Below, in pieces: positions 1 through 9,753 of a stretch of 64,000 nucleotides of DNA; the stretch's first letter is position 1; every line of letters begins with the position of its first letter. Made by a program: the position numbers and the translations under genes. Under the pieces are notes generated by a model that was given only the letters and a program-made list of their open reading frames with translations, searched no databases and was not told the origin of the DNA. Source of the stretch: an uncultured Pseudoxanthomonas sp. (GTDB lineage Bacteria > Pseudomonadota > Gammaproteobacteria > Xanthomonadales > Xanthomonadaceae); the NCBI GenBank assembly GCA_966210745.1, contig CBIHLJ010000004.1, positions 3,318 through 67,317 on the forward strand, written 5' to 3'.

Positions 1-15
1 TGTTCGCAGGGTCAT
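1..15 (-). CDS. 5' end of the next gene of the efflux operon (probably the membrane-fusion subunit); runs off the window
   Basis: ATG at 15-13 overlaps the TGA of the TolC-like gene (ATGA coupling); only 5 codons visible (MTLRT), so the product is inferred from usual C-B-A operon order. Confidence 0.3.
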
Positions 16-1301
16 GGCATGCTTCCTTGTTCATGGATGGCCGGCCCGGCCACGAGGGCCTGCCCGGTCAGGCGCTGGAGTTCGATCAGCGCGCGGTGTG
101 CTTCGAGCGCCGCCTCGAGTTGCTGGCGTCGCGTGGACGTGGTCTCGGATTGCAGCTGCGCCCATTCCAGATAACTGATGGCGCCGGCGCGGTAAGCGCG
201 CTCCGCCGCCTGTTCGGCGCGCATCAGGCGCGGCAGTACGTCGTCGCGCACGCGCTGCACTTCGAGTTGCGAAACGCGGTAGCGCCCGTGAGCGTCGGCG
301 AGCGTGGCGTACAGGGCGATGTCGCGTGATTCGCGCTCGATCGCCAGCGCGGCCAGATCGGCTTCGGCGGCGCGGATCTCCGGGCCGGCCCGCCGCGTGC
401 TTCCCAGCGGAAGCGACACGCTGCCGGTCAGCGCCATGTCGCTGCTTTCCTGCAGCCGGCGCACGCCGACCTGCCATTCGAGGTCGGGGGTCGTGGTGCT
501 GCGCGCCAGGCGCAGGCGGGCTTCGCGCAGGCGATACTCATCGGCGAACTGGACGAGTTCCGGCGTGCCTTCCAGCAATGTGGCCAGGGCCTGCATGTCG
601 TCGATGGCCGGCAACGCCAACGGGTCGCCCGACGCTACCGCGAACCGTGGGTCGCGCTCGCCCCACAGGGCGGCCAGATGCTGGCGCGCGGCGTCCTGCT
701 GCTGCGCGGCGCGTGCGAGCGTCATCTCCGCACGCGCCAGTGCCGCCTGTGCGGTGAGCACCACGGATTCCGGCGATGCACCCGCCTGCAGACGCTGCCG
801 CGCGGCCGCCACGGTACGGCGGCGTTGCGCGATGTCCTGCGCGGCGATTTCGTGGTGCGCGTGCGCGGCGGTGACGGCCAGATAGCGGCGCGCCACTTCA
901 GCCAGCAGGTCGAGGCGCTGCGCCTCGCGCTGCACGGAAAGGGCATCGATACGCGCCTGCGCCAGCGTACGACGGGCATCCAGCTTGCCACCCCGCTCCA
1001 GCACGCCGGCCAGTGTCAGGGTGAGTTCGGCCGTGGAGAAGCCGCGGGCGTCGCCTGTGCCCAGCGTATTCTCCACCTCGACGCCGGCGCTCAACGGCGG
1101 GCGCAGGATCGCGGCATCGCGCTCGGCGAGCAGCACCTCGGTGCGGGCGCCGAACAGGCGCAGATCGGGATGGACGCGGGCAACGCGCGCAATGGCGTCA
1201 TCCAGCGTCAGTGTTTCGGGGGATACAGCGGGCGATCGCACCTGCGCATGCACGCACGGCACGATCGCGAAGGCAGCCAATGCCGCCAGTCGCAACCACA
1301 T
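12..1301 (-). CDS. TolC-family outer membrane efflux channel, CzcC/CusC-like heavy-metal type
   Basis: 429 aa; signal peptide ending VHA-Q; LTLDDAIARV start and two OEP-like helical halves (RRTLAQA..., AYRAGAISYLEW); lies downstream of a His-rich metal-binding ORF. Confidence 0.85.
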   Translation of the reverse strand: MWLRLAALAAFAIVPCVHAQVRSPAVSPETLTLDDAIARVARVHPDLRLFGARTEVLLAERDAAILRPPLSAGVEVENTLGTGDARGFSTAELTLTLAGVLERGGKLDARRTLAQARIDALSVQREAQRLDLLAEVARRYLAVTAAHAHHEIAAQDIAQRRRTVAAARQRLQAGASPESVVLTAQAALARAEMTLARAAQQQDAARQHLAALWGERDPRFAVASGDPLALPAIDDMQALATLLEGTPELVQFADEYRLREARLRLARSTTTPDLEWQVGVRRLQESSDMALTGSVSLPLGSTRRAGPEIRAAEADLAALAIERESRDIALYATLADAHGRYRVSQLEVQRVRDDVLPRLMRAEQAAERAYRAGAISYLEWAQLQSETTSTRRQQLEAALEAHRALIELQRLTGQALVAGPAIHEQGSMP

Positions 1302-1362
1302 GGGAATTCTCCGGAAAGTCGGTGATGGAACGCGGGCGACAGACGTCAGCCCGGTGCGGACA

Positions 1363-1755
1363 TCACGCGATGATCGGAGGACGCAGCAACAAGGTGACGG
1401 GTGCGCGTGGCACCGGCATCGTGGCCGCGACGGGCGCGGCGGAAAGCAGTTTCATGGCAGGCACGCGCATCGCCGCAGGCACGATGGCGGTCAGGTGGCC
1501 GCAGCAGTGGCTGGCGTGCATCAGGGCGTGCAGAAGATCGCCCTCGCCCGCCTCCCCATCCGCGTGATCGTGGTCGTTGCCTGCGGATTCACCCGCATGT
1601 TCGCTGACTGCATGCAGATGGTCGCCACCGCTGCCCAGCTCGTGCAGGTCGCCCAGCGAGGCCAGTACCGGGTTCGCCAGCACGGCCAGCAACAGCACCG
1701 CCAGCGCGGGCAGGCGCAGCAACCGGAGGCAGTGGCGGCGGAGAAGACGGAACAT
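1363..1755 (-). CDS. CopL/CzcI-like His/Cys-rich metal-binding regulatory or leader protein
   Basis: 130 aa; hydrophobic N-terminal segment, His-rich middle (DHLHAVSEH, NDHDHAD, MHASHCCGH), C-terminal LLRPPI; immediately upstream of the TolC-like gene. Confidence 0.7.
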   Translation of the reverse strand: MFRLLRRHCLRLLRLPALAVLLLAVLANPVLASLGDLHELGSGGDHLHAVSEHAGESAGNDHDHADGEAGEGDLLHALMHASHCCGHLTAIVPAAMRVPAMKLLSAAPVAATMPVPRAPVTLLLRPPIIA

Positions 1756-1763
1756 CGGTCCGC

Positions 1764-1793
1764 ATCCTAGCGGCAGCCATCGACGTTAGACAA
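1764..1793 (-). promoter_or_regulatory. Putative sigma70 promoter for the CopL-like gene
   Basis: Minus strand TTGTCT-N18-TAGGAT, ending 8 nt before the ATG at 1755. Confidence 0.45.
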
Positions 1794-1819
1794 TTCCACG
1801 TCGCGCTGCGGCCGCGGGA

Positions 1820-1835
1820 TGGAACAGGTCTTGCA
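1820..1835 (+). promoter_or_regulatory. Sigma54 (-24/-12) promoter of the flhB operon
   Basis: TGGAAC-AGGTC-TTGCA, 30 nt upstream of the flhB ATG. Confidence 0.75.
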
Positions 1836-1865
1836 GTGCCAATCCGACCCCGTCGGAAACGCGCC

Positions 1866-2996
1866 ATGTCTGAGCAGGACGAAAGCGGCGAACGCACAGA
1901 ACTTCCTACCGAAAAACGACGCCGCGAGGCCCGTGAACAGGGCAACATCCCGCGTTCGCGCGAGCTGGCGACGGCGGCCGTCTTCGGTGCCGGCGTGCTG
2001 GCGATCATCGCGATGGGCCCGGGCCTGGCACGCGACACGCTGGGCTGGATGAAGATCGCGCTGACGCCCGACCCCGCGCTGATGCGCCAGCCGGACCAGC
2101 TGTTCGGGCACGTCGGCCTGCTGCTGCTGAAGCTGCTGGCAGTGGTCGCGCCGGTGGCCGGCATCTGCGTGCTGGCCGGCCTGGCCGCACCGATCGCGAT
2201 GAGCGGCTTCCAGTTCTCGCAGAAGGCCCTGATGCCGGACTTCAAGCGGCTCAGCCCCGCCGCCGGCCTCAAGCGCCTGTACGGCGCCGAGAGCGTGGCC
2301 GAACTGCTGAAGTCGCTGCTGCGCGTGGCCCTGATCGGCGGCGCGGCAGCGATCTGCGTGAAGCTGGGCCTGAACCCGCTGCGGGAACTGCTGACCATGC
2401 CGCTGGAACAGGCCGTGCGCAGCGGCCTGACGTTCACCAGCACCCTGCTGCTGGCGACCACCGGGGGCCTGATCCTGCTGGCCGCCATCGACGCGCCGTA
2501 CCAGAAGTGGAACTGGCTGCGGAAACTGAAGATGACACGCCAGCAGCTCCGCGAGGAAATGAAGGAAAGCGAGGGCAGCCCCGAGGTCAAGGGCCGCATC
2601 CGCCAGATGCAGCACCAGCTGTCGCAGCGCCGGATGATGGAAGACGTGCCCCAGGCCGACGTGATCGTGGTCAATCCGACCCACTACGCGGTGGCGCTGA
2701 AATACCAGACCGGCCAGATGGGCGCGCCCACCGTGGTCGCCAAGGGCGTGGACGAGCTCGCGATGCGCATCCGCGAAGTGGCCGATGCGCACCGCATCGC
2801 CATCGTCTCGGCGCCCCCTCTGGCACGCGCCTTGTATCGGGAAGGCCAACTTGGCCGGGAAATCCCCGTGAGACTCTACGCCGCCGTCGCCCAGATCCTG
2901 TCCTACGTGTACCAGCTGCGCGCCTGGCGCGTGGGCGAGGCCCCCCTGCCCGACCTGCCCGCGGTGGACGTGGATGAGCACGGGGGCAAGGCATGA
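1866..2996 (+). CDS. flhB: Flagellar export protein FlhB
   Basis: ERTELPTEKRRREAREQG N-terminus, NPTHYAVAL autocleavage motif; start placed at MSEQD, downstream of the sigma54 promoter. Confidence 0.97.
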   Translation: MSEQDESGERTELPTEKRRREAREQGNIPRSRELATAAVFGAGVLAIIAMGPGLARDTLGWMKIALTPDPALMRQPDQLFGHVGLLLLKLLAVVAPVAGICVLAGLAAPIAMSGFQFSQKALMPDFKRLSPAAGLKRLYGAESVAELLKSLLRVALIGGAAAICVKLGLNPLRELLTMPLEQAVRSGLTFTSTLLLATTGGLILLAAIDAPYQKWNWLRKLKMTRQQLREEMKESEGSPEVKGRIRQMQHQLSQRRMMEDVPQADVIVVNPTHYAVALKYQTGQMGAPTVVAKGVDELAMRIREVADAHRIAIVSAPPLARALYREGQLGREIPVRLYAAVAQILSYVYQLRAWRVGEAPLPDLPAVDVDEHGGKA

Positions 2997-5074
2997 GCGC
3001 GCAGCCCGTCGGCGGCATCCGCTGGATGGAGATGCTGAAGAACGGCCTCGGCGCCCCCCTGGTCGTGCTGGCGCTGCTGGCCATGATCGTGGTGCCGCTG
3101 GCACCGCCGGTGCTGGATGCACTCTTCAGCTTCAACATCGCCATCTCGCTGGTGGTGCTGCTGGCCGTGGTGTACGTGAAGCGGCCCCTCGACTTCACCA
3201 TCTTCCCCATCATCCTGCTGATGACCACGATGCTGCGCCTGGCGCTTAACGTGGCGTCCACCCGCGTGATCCTGCTCAACGGCCAGAACGGCCATGACGC
3301 CGCAGGCAAGGTCATCGCCGCGTTCGGCGAATTCGTGGTGGGCGGCAACTACGCCGTCGGCATCGTGGTGTTCGCCATCCTGACCATCATCAACTTCGTG
3401 GTGATCACCAAGGGCGCGGGGCGCATCTCGGAAGTGTCGGCCCGCTTCATCCTGGACGCGATGCCCGGCAAGCAGATGGCCATCGACGCCGACCTCAACG
3501 CCGGCATCCTGACCCGCGAGGAAGCCAAGGCCCGGCGCGAGGAAGTGCGCGAGGAAGCCGACTTCTACGGCGCGATGGACGGTGCCAACAAGTTCATCCG
3601 CGGCGACGCCATCGCCGGCATCCTGATCCTGTTCATCAACCTGGTCGGCGGCTTTGCCGTGGGCATGTTCCAGCACGGCATGGCGGCAAGCGACGCCGCG
3701 TCCACGTACACGCTGCTGTCCATCGGTGACGGCCTGGTCGCGCAGCTGCCCGCCCTGCTGGTCTCGTCCTCGGTCGCCATGCTGGTGACACGCGCCTCGC
3801 GCTCGCAGGACATGGGACAGGCGGTGATGGGCCAGGCCTTCGGCCAGCACAAGGCGCTGGCGGTGTCGGCCGGCGTGCTGGGCCTGGTCGGTCTGGTGCC
3901 CGGCATGCCCAACGTCGCCTTTTTGACGCTCGCCGCAGGCCTGGGCTACCTGGCCTGGAAAATGTGGAAGCGGACCCAGGAAAGCCCGGAAGCGGCCGCC
4001 GGCGACCTGGCGGCCCTGCCCGCTCCCGGTGCGCCCGACCGCAACGCCGAGCTGACCTGGGACGAACTGCGCCCGGTCGATCCGCTGGGCCTGGAAGTCG
4101 GCTACCGGCTCATCCCGCTGGTCGACAAGAACCAGGGCGGCGAGCTGATGTCCCGCATCAAGGCGGTGCGCCGCAAGCTGACCCAGGACCTCGGTTTCCT
4201 CGTGCCGCCGGTGCACATCCGCGACAACCTCGAACTGCCGTCGAATGGTTATCGCCTGCTGGTGCATGGCGTACCGGTGGCGTCGGCGGAGATCCATCCT
4301 GACCGCGAACTGGCGCTGGATCCGGGGGGCGCGTTCGGCAGCATCGACGGTATTCCGGGCAAGGACCCGGCGTTCGGACTGGATGCCGTGTGGATCCAGT
4401 CGCACCAGAAGGCCACCGCCGAGTCGCTGGGCTATACCGTGGTCGATCCGGCGACCGTGATGGCCACCCACCTCTCGCACCTGGTGCGCGAACACGCCCC
4501 CGAACTGCTGGGCCACGAGGAAGTGCAGCAACTCCTGTCGCAACTGGGCCGCAGCGCGCCGAAGCTGGTCGAAGACCTCACGCCCAAGGCGCTGCCGCTG
4601 GCCACGGTGGTGCGGGTGCTGCAGAACCTGTTGATCGAGCGCGTCCCGATCCGCCAGCTGCGCCGCATCGTCGAGGCGCTGGTCGAGTTCGCCCCGCAGA
4701 ACAGCGATCCCGCCGCGCTCACCGCTGCGGTGCGGACCTCGCTGGGCCGTTTCATCGTGCAGGAAATCTCCGGCATGGCGCCGGAACTGCCCGTCTACAC
4801 CTTGGCGCCGAATCTGGAACGCGTCTTGCAGGACAGCACCCAGGGAACCGGCGCGGCGCTGGAACCGGGACTGGCGGAACGCCTGCACCAGAGCCTCGCC
4901 GACGTGGTGAACAAGCAGGAAGCCCGCAGCGAGCCTGCGGTGGTGCTGGTACCGGGGTCGGTCCGCGCCGCCCTCGCCCGCTTGGTCCGCCACAGCGTCC
5001 CTTCGCTGTCGGTGTTGGCCTACAGCGAGGTTCCCGAGGACAAGCGGTTGAAGCTGGTCGGCACGATCAGCTGA
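2993..5074 (+). CDS. flhA: Flagellar export gate protein FlhA
   Basis: FHIPEP signature RISEVSARFILDAMPGKQMAIDADLNAG, FYGAMDGANKFIRGDAIAG. Confidence 0.98.
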   Translation: MSAQPVGGIRWMEMLKNGLGAPLVVLALLAMIVVPLAPPVLDALFSFNIAISLVVLLAVVYVKRPLDFTIFPIILLMTTMLRLALNVASTRVILLNGQNGHDAAGKVIAAFGEFVVGGNYAVGIVVFAILTIINFVVITKGAGRISEVSARFILDAMPGKQMAIDADLNAGILTREEAKARREEVREEADFYGAMDGANKFIRGDAIAGILILFINLVGGFAVGMFQHGMAASDAASTYTLLSIGDGLVAQLPALLVSSSVAMLVTRASRSQDMGQAVMGQAFGQHKALAVSAGVLGLVGLVPGMPNVAFLTLAAGLGYLAWKMWKRTQESPEAAAGDLAALPAPGAPDRNAELTWDELRPVDPLGLEVGYRLIPLVDKNQGGELMSRIKAVRRKLTQDLGFLVPPVHIRDNLELPSNGYRLLVHGVPVASAEIHPDRELALDPGGAFGSIDGIPGKDPAFGLDAVWIQSHQKATAESLGYTVVDPATVMATHLSHLVREHAPELLGHEEVQQLLSQLGRSAPKLVEDLTPKALPLATVVRVLQNLLIERVPIRQLRRIVEALVEFAPQNSDPAALTAAVRTSLGRFIVQEISGMAPELPVYTLAPNLERVLQDSTQGTGAALEPGLAERLHQSLADVVNKQEARSEPAVVLVPGSVRAALARLVRHSVPSLSVLAYSEVPEDKRLKLVGTIS

Positions 5075-5122
5075 GACCGGGAGCAGCAGAACCCGACGCG
5101 ACATCGAACCGGATAGCACGCC

Positions 5123-6820
5123 ATGAAAATCAAACGCTTCGTTGCCCCCGACATGCGCACCGCCTTCGCCATGGTCCGCCAGGAGCACGGCCCGGACGCG
5201 GTGATCCTGTCCAACCGCGTGACGGAGGACGGCATCGAAATCGTCGCTGCCAGCAATTACGACGAAGCGCTGGTGCAGCGCACGCTGGAGGCGATGCGTC
5301 CGGCCACGCCCACTGCGCCGCTGCATCCGATGCTCGACCCGGCGCCGCAGGCACCGACCGCGAACGCTCCGGCCCTGTCACCGGCCGAAGCCGCGGCCAG
5401 CTACTTCGCCCGCCGCCAGCCGGCCGTCCCCGCTGCCCCGCGTGCCGAAACCGCCAAGCCGGCCGTTGCCGCGCCTGCGTCGATCGCACCGCCGGCAGTA
5501 CCCATCGCAGCGCCGCGCGCGCCGGTGGCCGCCAGGTCCGCACCGACCACCGGCGAGATCCCGGCGCCGGTCGTCCGCGACATCGCGCCACTGCTGATCG
5601 AACCCGAATCCTTCGCCGCCAAGCTGGCCGCCTGCCTGCCGGCCGCTCCCGCCAACGAACCGGTCGCCGCGATCGAACCCGCTGCACCGCCGCGCCGTCC
5701 GGCCGCGCCGCGCGCCGACGCCGACGACACGCTCGACCTGGAAGCACTGCTGCCCTCCATCGCGCCGCCGGTGTCGCTGCCGGAACCCGAGCCTGCGCCG
5801 GTCGTCGCGCTGCACGCCACGCGTACACCGGTGACCGCACCGGTACCGGCGCCCGCCGCCGTCACCGTGCCGACGCTGACCGTCGTCACCGACAACGCCA
5901 CGCAAGCCCGCGAGAGCGACGAGCAACTGGTGCAGATGCGCGGCGAACTGTCGGCGATGCGCGAAATGATCGAGCGCGAGATGCACCGCCTCACCGATGA
6001 ACGCCTGCGCGGTTCGCCGGTGCGCATGCAGGCGATGGAGCTGATGGAAGATTACGGCTTCGACGCCGGCATCACCCGCGACATCGCCCTGCAGATTCCC
6101 GCCGATACCGAATTGCACCGCGGCCGTGGCCTGATGTTGGGCCTGCTGTCCAAGAAACTGCCGGTGGTCGACACTGACCTGCTGGAAACCGGTGGCGTCA
6201 TCGCGCTGGTGGGCCCCACTGGCGCCGGCAAGACGACCACCATCGCCAAACTCGCCGCCTGCTTCGCGCAGCGCTACAACGCACGCGACGTGGCACTGAT
6301 CACCACCGATACGGTGCGGGTGGGTGGTCGCGAACAATTGCACGGCTACGGGCGCCAGCTCGGCATCGCCGTGCACGAGGCCGACAGCGCGCAGGCCCTC
6401 GCCCTGCTGCTGGAGCGCCTGCGCGATTACAAGCTGGTGCTGATCGATACCGCCGGCCTCGGCCAGCGCGACCGCAACCTGGTGGGCCAGCTCAACTGGC
6501 TGCGCGCATCGGGCCAGGTGAAGACCCTGCTGTGCCTGCCCGCCAATTCGCACTTCTCCGATCTGGACGAAGTGGTCCGCCGCTTCAGCAGCGTGCAGCC
6601 GCAAGGCGTGGTGCTGACCAAGCTGGACGAGACCGGTCGCCTGGGCAGCGCGCTGTCGGTGGTCGTGGACCACCAGTTGCCGATGACCTGGGTGACCGAC
6701 GGCCAGCGCGTTCCCCACGATCTCCACCGCGCCAACAGCGCCCACCTCGTGCTGCGGCTGGACCAGCTGCGCCGCGAAGCCGACGAACCCTGCTCGACCG
6801 AGGCCACCCATGTCGCCTGA
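5123..6820 (+). CDS. flhF: Flagellar SRP-type GTPase FlhF
   Basis: MKIKRFVAPDMRTAF N-terminus, long Pro/Ala linker, GPTGAGKTTT, DTAG, TKLDE. Confidence 0.96.
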   Translation: MKIKRFVAPDMRTAFAMVRQEHGPDAVILSNRVTEDGIEIVAASNYDEALVQRTLEAMRPATPTAPLHPMLDPAPQAPTANAPALSPAEAAASYFARRQPAVPAAPRAETAKPAVAAPASIAPPAVPIAAPRAPVAARSAPTTGEIPAPVVRDIAPLLIEPESFAAKLAACLPAAPANEPVAAIEPAAPPRRPAAPRADADDTLDLEALLPSIAPPVSLPEPEPAPVVALHATRTPVTAPVPAPAAVTVPTLTVVTDNATQARESDEQLVQMRGELSAMREMIEREMHRLTDERLRGSPVRMQAMELMEDYGFDAGITRDIALQIPADTELHRGRGLMLGLLSKKLPVVDTDLLETGGVIALVGPTGAGKTTTIAKLAACFAQRYNARDVALITTDTVRVGGREQLHGYGRQLGIAVHEADSAQALALLLERLRDYKLVLIDTAGLGQRDRNLVGQLNWLRASGQVKTLLCLPANSHFSDLDEVVRRFSSVQPQGVVLTKLDETGRLGSALSVVVDHQLPMTWVTDGQRVPHDLHRANSAHLVLRLDQLRREADEPCSTEATHVA

Positions 6821-7688
6821 CCACCTGCTGCAGACCAATCCCCGCGGCACGCCGCCGATGCCCGGCGCATTCCATCCCGTGCGCGTCATCGCCATCACCG
6901 GCGGCAAGGGCGGCGTGGGCAAGACCAACGTGTCGGTCAACCTGGCCGTGTCGCTGTCCGAAATGGGCAAGCGCACGCTGCTGATGGATGCCGACCTGGG
7001 CTTGGCCAACGTGGACGTGCTGCTGGGGCTGTCGCCGAAGTTCACCCTCGCCGACCTGGTCGCCGGTCGCTGCGTACTGGAGGATGTGCTGCTGGAAGGG
7101 CCCGAAGGCGTGCTGGTGGTTCCCGCCTCGTCGGGTTTCCGCCACATGGCCGAACTGGCGCCGGCCGAACACGTGGGCCTCGTCAACGTGTTCTCCGAGC
7201 TGCAGCGCGCGCTGGATTTCATGGTGGTGGACACCGCCGCCGGCATCACCGACAGCGTGCTGACCTTCTGCCAGGCCGCGCAGGACACCGTGGTGGTGGT
7301 CTGCGACGAACCGGCCTCCATCACCGACGCCTACGCGCTGATCAAGGTGCTGGCGCGCGAACGCGGCCTGGACCGCGTGCACGTCATCGCCAACATGGTC
7401 CGCGACCCCAACGAGGGCCGGAAGCTGTACGAAAAACTCGCACGCGTCTGCGAGCGCTTCCTCGGCGACGTGGCCTTGCACTACCTGGGCGCCGTGCCGC
7501 AGGACGACTGGCTGCGCCGTGCCGTGCAGCGCCAGCAACCCGTCGTCAAAGCCTACCCGGGCAGCCCGTCGGCACGCGCCATCGCCGAGATCGCGCGCAT
7601 GACTGCGCGCTGGCAGCCGCCGCTGGGAGCGCGCGGCAACGTCGAGTTCTTCGTCGAACGCCTGATCCAGCGGGGAGTCGCCGCATGA
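6810..7688 (+). CDS. flhG: MinD-like flagellar number regulator FlhG/FleN
   Basis: GGKGGVGKTNVSVNLA, DADLGLAN, between flhF and fliA. Confidence 0.93.
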   Translation: MSPDHLLQTNPRGTPPMPGAFHPVRVIAITGGKGGVGKTNVSVNLAVSLSEMGKRTLLMDADLGLANVDVLLGLSPKFTLADLVAGRCVLEDVLLEGPEGVLVVPASSGFRHMAELAPAEHVGLVNVFSELQRALDFMVVDTAAGITDSVLTFCQAAQDTVVVVCDEPASITDAYALIKVLARERGLDRVHVIANMVRDPNEGRKLYEKLARVCERFLGDVALHYLGAVPQDDWLRRAVQRQQPVVKAYPGSPSARAIAEIARMTARWQPPLGARGNVEFFVERLIQRGVAA

Positions 7689-8437
7689 ACACCGCCGCCG
7701 CCCACTACCGCGCGGTGCAACGCAGCACCGCGAACGATTTCGTCACCCAGCACGCCGACCTGGTCCGTCGCATCGCCCATCACCTGGCCGCACGCCTGCC
7801 GGCCAGCGTGGAGGTCGACGACCTGGTGCAGGCCGGCATGATCGGCCTGCTGGAAGCCTCGCGCAGCTACGATGCCGAGCAGGGCGCGTCGTTCGAGACC
7901 TACGCCTCCATCCGCATCCGCGGCTCGATGATCGACGAGATACGTCGCGGCGACTGGGTGCCGCGCTCGGTCCACCGCCGCGCCCGCCAGGCGGCCGCCA
8001 CCGTGCGCGAGATCGAACAGCGCACCGGCCGTGCCGCCATCGCCACCGAAGTGGCGAGCGCGATGGAGATGCCGCTGCCCGAATACCTGCGCCTGATGGA
8101 AGATGCCGCACGCGGCCAGGTCCTGAGCCTGGAGTCGCACATCGACGACCACGGCGAACCGAACACCGCGCGCACCGGCGGCCCCTCGCCGGAGCAGCAT
8201 CTGGAGCGCAGCGAATTCCGCCAGCAACTGGTCAAGTCCATCGGCCAACTGCCGGAACGCGAACAGCTCGTCCTCTCGATGTACTACGAGCAGGAGCTCA
8301 ACCTGAAGGAGATCGGCGCCGTCCTTGGCGTCAGCGAGTCGCGCGTCTGCCAGATCCACGGCCAGGCCATGGTGCGGCTGCGTGGACGCCTGCAGGTGTT
8401 CGAGAAGGCCGACGCCGGCCTGGAAGACAACGACTGA
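7685..8437 (+). CDS. fliA: Flagellar sigma factor sigma28
   Basis: DDLVQAGMIGLLEA, FETYASIRIRGSMIDEIR, LNLKEIGAVLGVSESRVCQIH. Confidence 0.98.
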   Translation: MNTAAAHYRAVQRSTANDFVTQHADLVRRIAHHLAARLPASVEVDDLVQAGMIGLLEASRSYDAEQGASFETYASIRIRGSMIDEIRRGDWVPRSVHRRARQAAATVREIEQRTGRAAIATEVASAMEMPLPEYLRLMEDAARGQVLSLESHIDDHGEPNTARTGGPSPEQHLERSEFRQQLVKSIGQLPEREQLVLSMYYEQELNLKEIGAVLGVSESRVCQIHGQAMVRLRGRLQVFEKADAGLEDND

Positions 8438-8461
8438 AGAATCCCCACGGCCTGCCGATAA
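8435..8461 (+). promoter_or_regulatory. Sigma28 promoter for cheY-cheZ-cheA, overlapping the fliA stop codon
   Basis: TGAA-N15-GCCGATAA. Confidence 0.65.
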
Positions 8462-8536
8462 GGCTCCGGTAGGCCGCCGCGTGCAGCCCCTGCCTTGCCG
8501 TTGCCCCTGACCGGGCACGCTTTACTGGAGTTCGAT

Positions 8537-8935
8537 GTGACCGCCAACAAGAACATGCGCATCCTCATCGTGGACGACTTTTCCACCATGCGCCGCATCA
8601 TCAAGAATCTGCTCAATGACCTGGGCTATACCAATACCGCCGAGGCCGAGGACGGCAACAGCGCGTTGACCGCGCTGTCCCAGGGCAGCTTCGAGTTCGT
8701 GGTCACCGACTGGAACATGCCCGGCATGACCGGCATCGAGCTGCTGAAGGCCATCCGCGCCGACGACCGCTACAAGACCCTGCCGGTATTGATGGTCACC
8801 GCCGAAGCCAAGCGCGAGCAGATCATCGAAGCCGCCCAGAACGGCGTGAATGGCTACATCATCAAGCCGTTCACCGCTCAGACGCTGGAAGAGAAGCTGG
8901 GCAAGATCTTCGAACGCCTGGGGGCGGCCGCCTGA
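8537..8935 (+). CDS. cheY: Chemotaxis response regulator CheY (motor-controlling type)
   Basis: [30 protein letters not shown]; GTG start at 8537 after GGAG (ATG 8555 is an alternative). Confidence 0.95.
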   Translation: MTANKNMRILIVDDFSTMRRIIKNLLNDLGYTNTAEAEDGNSALTALSQGSFEFVVTDWNMPGMTGIELLKAIRADDRYKTLPVLMVTAEAKREQIIEAAQNGVNGYIIKPFTAQTLEEKLGKIFERLGAAA

Positions 8936-9546
8936 TGACCGCCGTGGCCGATGTCGCCGGCGCCCGCGCCGCGCTGGTGGAAAAACTGCAACACGCGCTG
9001 GATGCCCTGGAACAGGGCGACGAAGCCGGCTGGCGCCGCGAACTGGATGCCATCGCCGCCTGGCGCACGCAGCCGATGATGCAGGGCCTGGGCCGCCTCG
9101 CGCGCGAGCTGGCGCAGACGCTCGGCGAACTGCCGCCCACCGGACCCGGCGAACTGGACGACGCCTGCGCACGCCTGGACCACGTGGTGGAAATGACCGA
9201 ACAGGCCAGCCACACCACGCTGGACCTGGCCGAACAATGCCGCGGTTACGCGACCCAGCTGAAAGGCACCGCGCTGTCGCCCGAACAGGCAGCGCTGGTG
9301 GACAGCATCGGCAAGGGGCTGTCGGAAATGGCTCTTGCGCAGAGCTACCAGGATCTCACCGGCCAGATCATCCGTCGCGTCGCGGGCATCGTCCGTCGCG
9401 TGCACGAGGGCTTCGGTGCGCTCGGCCTGCCTCCACCCGAGAAGAAGAACCCTTCAGATCTGGCAGGTCCGGCCGTTGCTGGTCTGGACCGCAACGCGTT
9501 TTCACAGAACGACGCAGACGACCTGCTCTCCGGACTGGGGCTGTAG
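8935..9546 (+). CDS. cheZ: CheY-P phosphatase CheZ
   Basis: SYQDLTGQIIRRV catalytic region, C-terminal SQNDADDLLSGLGL. Confidence 0.93.
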   Translation: MTAVADVAGARAALVEKLQHALDALEQGDEAGWRRELDAIAAWRTQPMMQGLGRLARELAQTLGELPPTGPGELDDACARLDHVVEMTEQASHTTLDLAEQCRGYATQLKGTALSPEQAALVDSIGKGLSEMALAQSYQDLTGQIIRRVAGIVRRVHEGFGALGLPPPEKKNPSDLAGPAVAGLDRNAFSQNDADDLLSGLGL

Positions 9547-9582
9547 GCACCCGCGAACGCGCAGCGGAACCGGAGACCTGAC

Positions 9583-9726
9583 ATGCCCGACCGTTCCGCC
9601 CGCCGTTCCCGCCATCCGCTCGTCCTGCTGTTCGTGGGAGCGCTGCTGGTCTGTGATGCCCTGGTGGGCCGCTTCCTGCGGCGTCGCCATGCCCACGCGA
9701 TGCACCTGCCCCATTCCTCCCGCTGA
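9583..9726 (+). CDS. Putative 47-aa small membrane protein (MPDRSARRSRHPLVLLFVGALLVCDALVGRFLRRRHAHAMHLPHSSR)
   Basis: GGAG RBS at 9572-9575, ATG 9583, TGA 9724-9726; basic-hydrophobic-basic pattern; fills the cheZ-cheA gap; too short for the ORF track. Confidence 0.5.
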   Translation: MPDRSARRSRHPLVLLFVGALLVCDALVGRFLRRRHAHAMHLPHSSR

Positions 9727-9753
9727 TCGCCCGTACCGGTACCTGCCCCGCCC

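Noticed and set aside
5330-5920. Pro/Ala-rich stretch in flhF as a possible repeat or insertion
   Set aside because: It is the normal variable linker of FlhF, in frame and without discrete repeat units
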